Shown one piece after another: positions 1 through 11,196 of a stretch of 64,000 bases of DNA (positions are counted from its first letter, which is position 1; the number at the start of each line of letters is the position of its first letter). The stretch is from the NCBI GenBank assembly GCA_037447605.1, contig CM074807.1:1550001-1614000 (forward strand), read 5' to 3'. The DNA comes from Zygnema circumcarinatum SAG 698-1b (lineage: Eukaryota > Plantae > Zygnematophyceae). The notes under the pieces were generated by a model that was given only the letters and a program-made list of their open reading frames with translations, was not told the origin of the DNA and searched no databases. A program made the translations under genes and the position numbers.

Positions 1-2400
1 TCTCGTCAACTTCTGCTGACGTGGTTCAACTGTGCTGATGTATGCTCGCACATGCGGACGGTTGAATCGTTTGGAGACGGGGGAAGTTGAATGAACCTCT
101 CGAAGTTCGGGTCCCGTCAAGTCGCCATACCGGAAAGCTTCCAAAAGCTAGATCACATACCAAAATTCGCGGCCCGATCGAAGTAGCGCAGTTCAACTTC
201 GTTTAGAGGTTGAGAAACTGTCCAACCAGCCTTTCAGCCAACACCGAGGGAGGAGGTTTGAACCACGAGAGGGCGACATTTCCAAGGCGTCGGTGCGCAA
301 AGTTCCAAAGTTCAAGGCAGACCGAATTCCTATTTCCTCGAGTTTCCCGTTCAGCTTGAACTCAGCGACATTGCCCAATCCAACCATTTCCCCGCGCTGG
401 CTGTCGTCCCACACGTGTCGCTTTACTGCAGCTTCCGAGTCTGCCTCCAAACCTGCATCCCGCCAATGCCAGACAGCCAGCAGGCCCTGCTGACGTGCCT
501 GCCAGCCTGCACGCATTCCGTACGAAGCGCCCACAGTGTCTCCGTATGGTACGGCAGTTCCGCCCGGCCGGCCCCGCCCCGCCCCGCCCCAAGGATCTGC
601 AACAGCCAGCCGCGCCGGTCACCGGACCGGACCGGACCGTACGGCCTCGGGACTTCTTTGGCGAGTCGGCGGGCGGGCGGGCGGCAGGGACGCGTAGATT
701 ATAGACAGATATTTGCCACGTGGCAGGGCGCACAAGTCGGCATGCGCGGCGTGCGCCGCGTGGCAGGTGGTCTTGTCGCTTGCGTGGGCGGACGGGCGGG
801 CGGGCGGGCGGGCGAGCTGCCAGCCTGGCCGAGCGGCCCCTCCCCCTCGAGGGGGCAGATTCCTATCCTTCCTGGCGCGCGCGTCACGTCATGTCACGTC
901 ACGTTACTCGCGGGCCGGCCCGGGCCTGGCCGGCAGAACGGATGGATGCATGCATGGATGGGTGGGTGCCTTCCTTTCGCCAGCAGCCATGCCCATGGGC
1001 ATGGGCATGGGCATGGGCCATGGCCGCCTGCGCGATGCATGTATGCGCGGCCCGACTGCAGGACGGCGGGCCCGCAGCGAGCCCCCTTCCCTCCCTCCCC
1101 TCCTGACGAGGGTCGACAGCGCGGTAAGAGTCGCCTCCTCGCGTCCGCCCTCCTCCTCCTCCTCCGCTATTGTTATTATTGCGAGTGGGCGGGCGGCCCT
1201 CCTCCAGCGAGACGCGCCCCACAGTGGCTGGCGATCGTTTCGGCTGCCTTTAGACAGAGCCGTGTTGCTGGCTGGGCCTGTTGGCAGCGTGCTGCACGTG
1301 GCCTTTCCTTCTAAATTTGTGACCATTTCACGTTGCTTCCACGTATCTTCTTTTTCCATGTACATGATGGTGACACTACCGTCAGATCAATGTCTATCTT
1401 AATATCTTAGTTTGCACATTGATGTACCGCAACAGAATACCTTATTCTCAAATCCCTATTTACAAGCAAAATAAAGTGATTTTTTTTGTAAACGTAAGGT
1501 CGGTGCGCTACCGTTATCCAATGGCCCCTCCCTTGAACCACAACTTGTACGTTACATTTAAAAAAAGATAGAAGCAAGGGAGGGCTACCTCGAGTGGCGA
1601 GGCCCTTCGGAGGTAAGATAACGCCTTATGCTTATCGCACAAGACTGGCCCTATCCAAGATTTAACCTGTCCTGATGGCATCGCCATCGTGAGATCAAAG
1701 CCAAATCCTATCTGTTTCCACTGATGCCATTACAGGATTACTCCGGTGTAGTTGCTTGAGAGTTTGTAACAAAGCCAAAGGTCCGGTACAGAAACGAGCA
1801 TCCATTCCTTAAGCCATCCCTAAGAAGCATGTCCACCAGCCACCCTAGCAGGGAGTTGCCACCTAAACAAGCACCGCGGATGGGCCACGGATGCAACAGA
1901 TGCCAGCATGCGACTCTCTCCTAAACCGGATGGCCCTTCTCAATGACACGAAGAAACTGCCGAGCAAGAAAGACTGCAAAAGAAGAGAAACGGAGAAACA
2001 CAATCCACGCGGAGAGTAACTGAGAACTCCCAGAAGGACTTGCAAGGTTTTTTTTTGTTTTGTTTTGTTCTGCAAAAGGTGACAGAATCTGAGCTCCTAA
2101 TGGCCTTCTCGCACAGCATCTGAGTTCCACGCCAGCCAATACTCTTTCTGCACCTGACTGGTCACTCACGTTTACGCTTTTGCCTGCTACGCCACAAACG
2201 CAACTACGCAACTGATCCTCACGACAACTGTACAGGACCTCTCTGATTTGAGAACAAGCTTGGAATCTGCCAAGGCGGTGGTAGTACATCATATCTACAA
2301 CTGTCCCTTTACTGCCCCCACACAGACCCGCTCACACTTCGTAGTCTCACAGCTTCTTGCACCGTACGCTCACCGCCTATACATCAACCAAATCCTCCGT

Positions 2401-5254
2401 TCAAGTTATCGGAGCAGCTTCAGCCTCACTCTCCTGACGAGAGATCTTTTCAAAAATGACAGGCAGTCCGTATTTGGGCTTGAGCGTGAGCACCACCTCC
2501 GGGCAATGACGGTATCCAGGAGCGACTTTCCAGGTGAACGATTGCAGAAGCATGGCCAAAATCAGCTTAGCTTCTGTGAGGGCGAAGGTCTGCCCTATGC
2601 ATGTCCGAGGACCCACACTGAAGGGCAGAAAAGCCAGAGGATGCGCCCCTGCCTTGCTAATGCCATTTGCAAACCTGCGAGGGTTGAACTCGTGCGCATC
2701 CTCCCCCCACAGTTCCTTCTTTCTATGGATCAACGCGATAGGCACGACAATATCAACTCCTTTAGGGACGAGAATGTCGTTGAGGCGGTTGGACCGCACA
2801 CAAGTTCGAGCCAGAAAGGATGCTGGAGGGTACAATCGGAGCGACTCGTAGAGGATTGTCGTCAAAACTTTCAACTGGCTCAGCTGCTCGAATGAGGGAG
2901 GCTCACGCTCCCCGCAGACGCTTGTAACCTCTTCGCGGCCTTTTTCTTGCCACTCCGGATGCTCAGAAAGAAGGAGAACCGTCCATGTCAACAGGTTGGC
3001 GGTTGTTTCATGGCCTGCAGCACGTTCAACCCTCCTCTGTCTAAGACGGCCCTTGTCTAAGCTTAACATGGCATATGCAAAGTCCAAAATCAGGAGAAAC
3101 AAAGCAGAAACGATGTTTGCACCTGCAACGAGGAAGGTGATGCACTCATCCATCAGCTGCTGATCTGTCATCAGAGGCTGCCCCTTATTGTCGTCGGCTG
3201 CCGCCTCCCCGGTAGATGAGAGCATGAGCTCGAGAAGGTCGACAGGAGCACTCTCCTCCAGTAAACTGCTTCTGTTTTGCCGTTCAATGCGCCGGCGTTT
3301 GATCATACCTAGCATCACTTCACGGATGGCCGCCTCCTTGGCTTTTATTCTGCGCTTCTCTGCACTGGGGAAGTAGCTGCATCACGGGCACAGGTTGGAT
3401 GTTAAAGCACTGCTTGTTTGCAAAAACACTCCTGACAGGCTTCGTTTGAGAACCTCCAGGTCCGAGGATGACGACAGTGTGGATGACCATTCGCATCAGG
3501 GAGCTCCTTCACATCACGTTTTCTCAACTATGGCAAATACATCAAACTTGACAATCCGGGCAAAACATGTCAATAGTTATGCGATATACATGGACACATA
3601 GATTACTTCCTGGTCGTGTTCACATCCATCCACAGCCAAAGGTAGACACCACTCCAAGTTCATTCTCAATGGATGCACATAATCTTTACATGACGGCACC
3701 TATCCCCAAGGCAAGCGGACAACAATTACCGGACGATTGGAATGAGTCCCTGCCCTCGGTAGAACTTCACCACATCTTCAAAATACGTCTTCAAATGACG
3801 AAGGCTTTCCTGAGCTTCTTTCCCGGTATCTCCAATATCAGCACCAAATGCAGCCTTTCCAATGATGCTCAAGGCGAGCTCACCAAGCTCGGAAAACACT
3901 TCAAACTCCTTTGGCTGATCCTTAAGCTTGTCACTCCAATCTTGGACGACTTTCGTGGCGCAACCCACCATGGCCTCATACATCCTCTGCAATTGCAATC
4001 GCAAAGTTTGCCAAGTTATTCAACACATTTGAGATTTGAAAGACAAAATGTCGACTACTACTGTTAAATTAAACCATAATACGCCAAGTATACAGTTTGA
4101 GTCAGCCTCCACTCGGAAAAAGAAAGACAACAATGCAAGGACATGGAGTCACGTGAAATTGTAGTGACTTGATTTACAATATCTTTCAATCTGGCTGTTG
4201 CTACATCTTAAGCACAGTACTACAAACAAGGTAACAGGGCAAATCTCGGGCTTGAAATTAGCGAGATGAACTATAAATTGATGAAGAAAATCAGTTGGAA
4301 TAGACATTACTCTACTATGGATTCCGGGAGGAAGGTGTGCTGGAATTGCCTTAATCTCTTTGTGATGGAACGCCGGGTTTATAAGGCGCCTTTGCCGAGC
4401 CCACAAGTCTCCAGATGCTGTTACTAATCCGTTTCCAAAAAGTGCAAATGCACGAATGAAAGTACTCTTATGATAAAGATCGATGTGGTTCACGTAAGCC
4501 TGCCGGATGAGCGCTGGATCGGTGAGAATCAAACGCGGCACTGGACCAATGCAGTAGTAGCAGTTCCCTCCGTACTTTTCCACCAGTTCATCAAGAAAAG
4601 GTGTCGGTGCCTTGATAGGGGAAGGATCAGCACGGGCTTTGCGTATACTCTGCATAGACCACCTTGCAAGCTCTCAGAAATATTGAAGGGCACCACCTCG
4701 TGCAGGTGGTCAAGTTAGTAGGTAGTTTCTTTCACTGAGTATGTGGAGTTGCACGATTAGCTATCCCTGTGCACGGCTGGAAGGAATGAGAAGTAAACTT
4801 CCGCTTGGCCTGAAAGATGCCTTTGGATGCAGGCCTTGACGAAATAGAAAGGACCCTTCCAATTGAAGTAAAATTCTTATGGTATTTCAGTGAATCCTTC
4901 CACGACGGTGTGAGGATGCTGTAAAAACGCAACGATCCATGCATTGAATTTCAAAATCGATCTTAACTTCCATTTTAAAACTCTGAAAAATTCAATTCAG
5001 ACGCCCCGATATCTGGAGAAACGCCAGCTGACCTCTCTCAATTCCGGAACCTGCCCGAGAAATGGCCGAAACGAGCAGCCTGGAATTCCTTGTCGCTTCA
5101 AACATGCAAGCAGCGTCAGTGGCTTCCAAAAATACGTATATACCAGAAAAGTAAGCGAAACCGCAAGCGAGACCGCCCCCAGTGAGGCGAGCCAGAAAGC
5201 TTCCGAATGCACAGGCAGCACGTCCAGCAGCGCTGCACCATGACCGGCGGCCAT
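2401..5254 (-). CDS. Cytochrome P450, CYP72 clan (CYP709/714/734-like), 5 exons
   Basis: N-terminal membrane anchor then LKRQGIPG..FRPFLG; C-helix WARQRRLINPAF; I-helix AGHETT split by intron 3015-3122; K-helix ESLR; NPRRF; heme motif FSVGPRTCIG. Exons join in frame. Confidence 0.93.
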
Positions 5255-5783
5255 GGCAAGACCGCTCGCCCCCCGGCAGAGGCGGCTGAAAAGAACCTGC
5301 TGACACCAACACCAACAACAACTGCAGCACCTGCAGGAGCCCGGCAGAGGCGGGGGAGGCCGGAGAGGAGAGGAGAGGAGAGGGAGGGAGAGGGGAGTGG
5401 GAGCGGACGGGTTCCATGTGCTCCCACGCCGAGGCTGCCACGTCAGCGGGATCTCAGCGCAACGAGGTTCGCCACGTGGCGACGATGCCTACAGAGGGCC
5501 AGGAGGGAGGCGACGTGACGTGACGTGATGACTGTGACGTGTTGTTACGCTACGTGACGGGCGCTGACCGGGGTTGACCGGGAAGGGAAGCAGGGCCCCC
5601 CCTCCCCCCCCCCCCCGGGGCGAAAGTGAGGGGGGTGGAGAACACGGGGCCCATCGCCGCGCCGCGGCACGGAGGGAGGGAGGGAAGCGTTCCATGAGCG
5701 CTCGTAGAACGGGCCACGTCGGACAGGGCGTCCTCCAATCAAGTGGCGACCTCGAGCGGCGGTGACGGCGTTCAGCATAGCAT

Positions 5784-5942
5784 TAGGGGGTGTCAGACTT
5801 CAAAATCTTACGAAAAGAGTTACGAAAAAAAAGGTTACGAAAGTACTCCGCCGCAGGAGGATCGCGATTATACTGGAGTACTCGTTCTGATGTCAAACTT
5901 ACGAACACGCGTACTGAAATTTTTTAAGTCTGACACCCCCTA
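5784..5942. mobile_element. MITE, TA-flanked, family A copy 1
   Basis: Perfect 17-bp inverted ends TAGGGGGTGTCAGACTT (5784-5800) and AAGTCTGACACCCCCTA (5926-5942); interior similar to 50811-50953; no coding capacity. Confidence 0.8.
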
Positions 5943-6518
5943 TTGAAGTGGACCTTGGCGGCCACACGGCGGCGCGCGATTGGAAGTGGCCATAGCGGTC
6001 GATGAAACTCTCCTCACCGATTGGCGCGTTCCATCCACCCATTAAATCATTAAAAAAAAATCTTTTGCCTGCAGCGAGGCTCGCGCGCTCCCCGCCGTCG
6101 ATCGCCACGATCGGAAATGCTGCCGCCCCCGCCCCCCGCCCGCCGACCCGCCCTGCAGCGTCCTCCCCGGTACGGCGCAGCGGCCGGGCGGGCGACGCTG
6201 GCCGAGCGCGCGGTCACCTACGGTCATCGCGTTTGGTCAAGGCCGGCCAACGCGCTTGAAGCGAACTACGGCAAAGGGTTCACGAACTTTCGTGGTTGGG
6301 AATTGGGACTGCGATTGGCTGCGAGAGATGCGCAAACAAGGCGAAGAGTCCAGGCAGCCAGCAGGCACATTCGACTATGGTTTCATAAAGCTCCACAGCC
6401 AAGGAGGTTCCAAAATTAAAAAGAAATCAGAAAACCTGCAAATTATAGTCTAGTTGACACAAAGAGGACTACGGGAAACTCCATTTTCACCACGTGAATG
6501 GCCTTCATGGTGAATGGG

Positions 6519-8877
6519 CTACCCCAGCCAGGTGGCTGCGCTCCTTCCGCCGCTGGACCCCACGCCTCGTCGGATGCTGATGAGCTCCTTGGAATACCGC
6601 TCCTGCAAGCGCTCAAAGGCAGTCACGTCGAGCTTCCCCTGCACTCCCTTGCCCTGCCTCCTCCGAGCTTGTTGCGTGCGCACAGAGGTCCACAGCTGAT
6701 CGACACCTTGACGCTGCTTCGAGGTAAAACGCGACATGTTATCATAGGCATGCTTGGCTAAAATGTCAATCGTAGTTTGTGCCCTGCACAGAAATACGAA
6801 GTCCATTCAGCGGCCTTATAGACAAGGGAAGAACGTCAGCGTTGTGGCGTTCCAAAGCTGACAAAACCAGAGAGTCCAGTACACTGAACAAGTCAAAATG
6901 CAAGTCAAAATCTTGGAGATTTGATTTGCAGTGCTCACCAAGTGAGCCGGTATAGCTCAGCTGCCTTTTGCAAACAGAATATCAGAGCTTCCCGTCTCTC
7001 CCGCAACAAGCGCAAGTTTTCTTGTGCGGCTCTCTGCTGTTCAGCCTCCTCCTCCCTTTTCCTGCGAGCCCGCTCCTCCTTCTTGGACTTTTTAGGAAGT
7101 AAGGCGGACAGTCCAAAGGGGTCACTCTCCACTGCATTGAGGCCGAAAGGGTCGTCAGCCGCAGTCCGAGCGTCAGCTGGAGGACCTGCCTCAACTTCCT
7201 GCTCGCCACCAGCACCTTGAGGCTGACAGCTTTTCTCGCTTCCATCTTCAGTGTCAGCAGCCAGTGATTCATACTGGTCTTCCTCTGGAGAGGCTTCAGG
7301 AAGTGCTTCTACTGCCTGCCGAATGCGGCTGGTTGCCCGAGAGAACTGCAATCCAAACTTGAAAGCACAAGTCAGCCATCCGCACTTTAACAGGAAACAA
7401 TTCCTACTCCAACTTAGCGATAAATCCGTAATACTTGCAGTAAAGCCACCTTCATCCTGCATTAGTTCAAGACGATGTAGGTCCTAAAAACCCTAGAGCT
7501 CCTCTCTGAGCTCTTCCTTGCCCGGTCATGGCATACATCCCAATACCTGGACCGAGCATGAAAAATGCGATAACTCTCACATGGCCTTGCACTGCTTGGA
7601 ATGGGGTAGTTCGCAGACCTGGTACGTGTCATCTGTGTGAAGCTCATTCGCGAGATCTGCCCACAGCAACCAAACTTCTAGTTGTGCTTGCTGAGCTGAA
7701 GAAAACACCTGCAAACACGCCATCGCCAAAGGAGCCCCAAGACTCAGTACTACAATGATATAGAGCGTCCAGTTCACGAAAAAAAACGGTTTCATCAGTC
7801 CCACTTGCTAGCCTCGAGAATGTGAAAATGGAGCGCTTCACATCAGATGCTCAAAAGCTAAGCATACCAGCCTGTGCACCTTACTTTGAGACAAGAGATT
7901 CAGCCGAAGAGGAAGGCAAAAGCGTAGGGAACATGGAGAAAGTGGACCTAAGCACGAGACAAGGCCGAGATATTTTATTTTTCATGCTAAATTTGAAAAG
8001 CTGAAGAACTCAGGAGCAGAAGTCGCTGGTGCAGAACTCCACGACAGACTTCAAAACGACAAGCTAGCTAGCTGAAGAAACCGTCAATTCAATATGCTAT
8101 CAGCAACGTACATCAATACGTTCCTTCATAGCCACCTACTCTTGGCAACTTCGCAACTATCTCAGAGCATTAGGAGAAAGGACTTCAGGAGTCACCTCCG
8201 GTAGCCGTCCTTACTTGGGAGCATTCACTTGCAGCCACGAAAAGGGCTTGGTAGTCTGCTTGTACGTCAGGCGTGACGGCTGCAGTTGGCTTGGACATGG
8301 CTGCTTTAAGCACTTCAAAGAACTGACTTGATGTCGAAGAATTGATGCTACCTGCCTTCAGTAGCTGCAGAGCTAACTTTGAAGCTTTACTAAACTTTGA
8401 GATATTGCCAATATGTGCTGCAATTTTTGTCATTGCAGCCAACACTTGCTCATTGTTCACTTCCTCGGTAGTTCTGAAACGTACCTTCCGACTACCTGCA
8501 AAAGAACAATTCAAACATTCCGAGTTTTGAATCAGCAAAATAGGAGTAATTCATCGTTGCCATATGGAGATGCCTTCGTCCAGCCGAGACAAGAGCCTTC
8601 GTTTGCTTTCTCTATGCTAACTCCCGATCTGATTCACGAGGAAGCAGAGTTCCACACCTTTGTCACCATCTTGTTCGATTCCCCTGACTCCTTTGCCTTC
8701 ATCACCTTCAGCTTTCTTTGTCTTTAGGGCAGAACGAGGGTGAGAACCATCAGAAACAGCGGCATCAGTCGAACGAATTCTCTTGGCTGACGGCTCGTCT
8801 TCTTCCTTAGTGGCGTCTGCTCGGCCGGTCCTTTCCGTCTGCTGGCTGGGAGGAGGCAAATCCTCAAAGAGACCCAT
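6519..8877 (-). CDS. Conserved plant protein of unknown function, 5 exons
   Basis: Starts MGLFEDLPPPS; GT-AG exons join in frame: RKVRFRTT..KFSKASKLALQLLKAG, NELHTDDTYQ|FSRA, DPFGL twice, WAQTTIDIL, TAFERLQERYSKELISIRRGVG. Recalled as a plant-conserved hypothetical family; not searched. Confidence 0.75.
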
Positions 8878-9199
8878 GAGGACCTTCACCTCGCAGGTGC
8901 CTTCCGCCCTCGACAAAAAGAGCTATCGAATCGCCGAAAGGTCACTGTAGCGCACAGAAAGGGGGAGCCTTGATGCCTTCGTATTTTTGGCGGGCGCGTT
9001 GAGGGAGCGAGAGAGAGCGCTTCGATATTTGCAGAAAAAGCTGCTTGCAGTGATGGATGTCATGTGCTGTGGCTCGAGTGCCTGTCTTGACACTCGGAGT
9101 GACTTTCAGCCGAAGGATGTCTGTCGTTCAGCATGCTGACTGCCTTGCATCCGAGCTGGAAAGTGGCCCAGCGTGCTCAATGTCCAGTAAGGCATTGCA

Positions 9200-10124
9200 G
9201 GTGTTTCACAGCCTTCCGATCGCAAGGTCACGAATGGCGAAGTGTCCTCGATCGAGCAGAGCCTGAGCTCCAATCTGACCTCAAATGCACTAATGTCTGG
9301 AAACAAGAGCTTGACAGGTCTTGAAACAGTGTTGCAGGTTTCATCTTCTCCGTTTATGGAGAAAGAAAATCTTCTAATTTGTTATATTCTCATGACAAGT
9401 TGTCGGACACATAAGAATCATTAGTAGAGTATTTGTCGGATGCTGGAGGATGACAATGGAAACGCTGTTGGTGATCCACAAGATCACCAACAGCGAAACG
9501 AGAGAAACGAGCAGTGCTCATTGAAGGTGGGAACCTGGAGGATGCCTTTTGCAGCGAGAATAGCGACTGAGATGGATGTCTGGCTCCTTGTCTGAACGGT
9601 GGAGCTGAACAAGCGGCTGTACGCGCAGCTCGTTATTGGCTAGTGGGGCATTTGTACGACTCCTGGCTTTGTGGATCTGCAACGAGCTAATAGGTCCGGG
9701 AACTTTTGCTCTGTGCTCAAGAAATTTTATAGCTTAATTTCTTGAATTGAAGATAGGTGGTGTCTTAATATTGGCATTTTGCATTCCAGTGACCTTCTCC
9801 CAACCCTTCCCTTCTTTCTTCTCTCTCCCTCCTGTTCGTTCGGAAGACCTTCATGAATGATTGGTACTTTACTGAATGCTACATCTGGCTTCCGTCATGT
9901 TTTTGGCAGGCTTGTCAATTGAAAATCCAAGGAGGTCGCACAGCCAAGGCTCTGGAAATCAGGAGGTCGCTACAATATCAGCCCTGATAGCGCTGGCTGG
10001 GGGGCGATGCGTTGAAAAAGAGGAAGAATTAGCCGCTGGGTCGAGCCTTAGTCATCGTGTGCAACACCTCCTGAGAGAAGGAGCGCCAATGCTTCCTCCA
10101 GAGCCTTTACCCGAGAGATGGTGA
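9200..10124 (+). other. Possible small spliced gene or gene relic, divergent from the 6519-8877 gene
   Basis: Exon-like segments with AG/GT borders (about 9201-9337 and 9911-10124, the latter reading ..TISALIALAGGRCVE..PERW*). No coherent model or family recognised. Confidence 0.2.
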
Positions 10125-10386
10125 TGATTATCAGCCTACAATTGACGTGAAATTTGTAACTAGACCTCCGCAGGCGCAGCGATCCCAGCTTCATCAGTAT
10201 CTTGCTGTGGTCAGAATTATGGTCCAGTTCAGTGCAGCAATGCAACACAGAAGCTTGCAAAGCATGTGGATCCGTTTGCCGGGTTTCTGCATCATGAAGG
10301 ACAACTTTGTCCCCTAGAACGGAAGATCAGGGCATTCAAAAAACCTCCTTGCACTTATGGGTCAGTTTCTGAAAACGTTAATGTAA

Positions 10387-10558
10387 ATACCTTTACTGGT
10401 GATCGGGGGAACAAAAGAGGTGGCCTAGTGTGAGCTGGGCTTTTCCCACGCCTATTATGTGATAAAACTGGGCAGTGTTGATCCTGCCGTAGGCTTCATA
10501 CATCGTGTGGGACTTGTTAGACATTTTGGGTGGATCCCCTATAATCTACCCTTTTTTT
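10387..10558 (+). ncRNA. Candidate structured, snRNA-like RNA
   Basis: Several hairpins, an Sm-like ACATTTTGG (10521-10529), an 8-bp terminal hairpin and a T7 run. No complete match to a known snRNA. Confidence 0.2.
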
Positions 10559-11196
10559 GTTTCTAACTACACGACAATATGCGATGGTGAAGGGCGGTGC
10601 AGGTGTTCAGTCACCCTGGGCACTCCATAGTTAGCTTACGCCCTCTCGGGACAGCTTGTTTGCACTCCGGCTCTGGCATTTGGCATCAGAAAGGAGTTCA
10701 CAAGAGCGGTTGCTGAATCTTCTCACTTTTGTAGCTTTCCATGTATCATTTTGGTACTGTAGCACAGTTTCTCGCTTTTTCCAGTGTGCACCACATGCTC
10801 TTCTCCGCACAAATGGATCATAGACCACCCCCCCCCCCCACCCCCCACCCTTCCCAAGGAAGACAAATCCCCTTAGCATGTCATACAGCAATCGGTCTTG
10901 TAGCAAGGCGAAGTTCCATTCAAATGATACGTTCAACCACACTGTTCATATCGACTGGTCTGCCTTCTCATACAGCAGACATTTCGGCCAAGAACAGGAA
11001 CACATTCATCCACGTGTAAAAAAAACGACGAGAGACACGCATCGGTTCTCCGCATCAGATAAAATAGAGCAGTCAAATTGGTGATGACAACGATCCGTCA
11101 AGAATTTTAAAAAGAGTTTTAGCTCCTGCGGTAGCTACGACTCACATATTCCTTTTCCTGACGCTTAAAGAGAACCTTATTCCTGGATACTTCGAC

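Noticed and set aside
193-1402. Long overlapping GC-rich ORFs (up to 299 aa)
   Set aside because: Low-complexity Arg/Gly/Pro/Ala translations with no motif; expected in a GC-rich promoter-like island.
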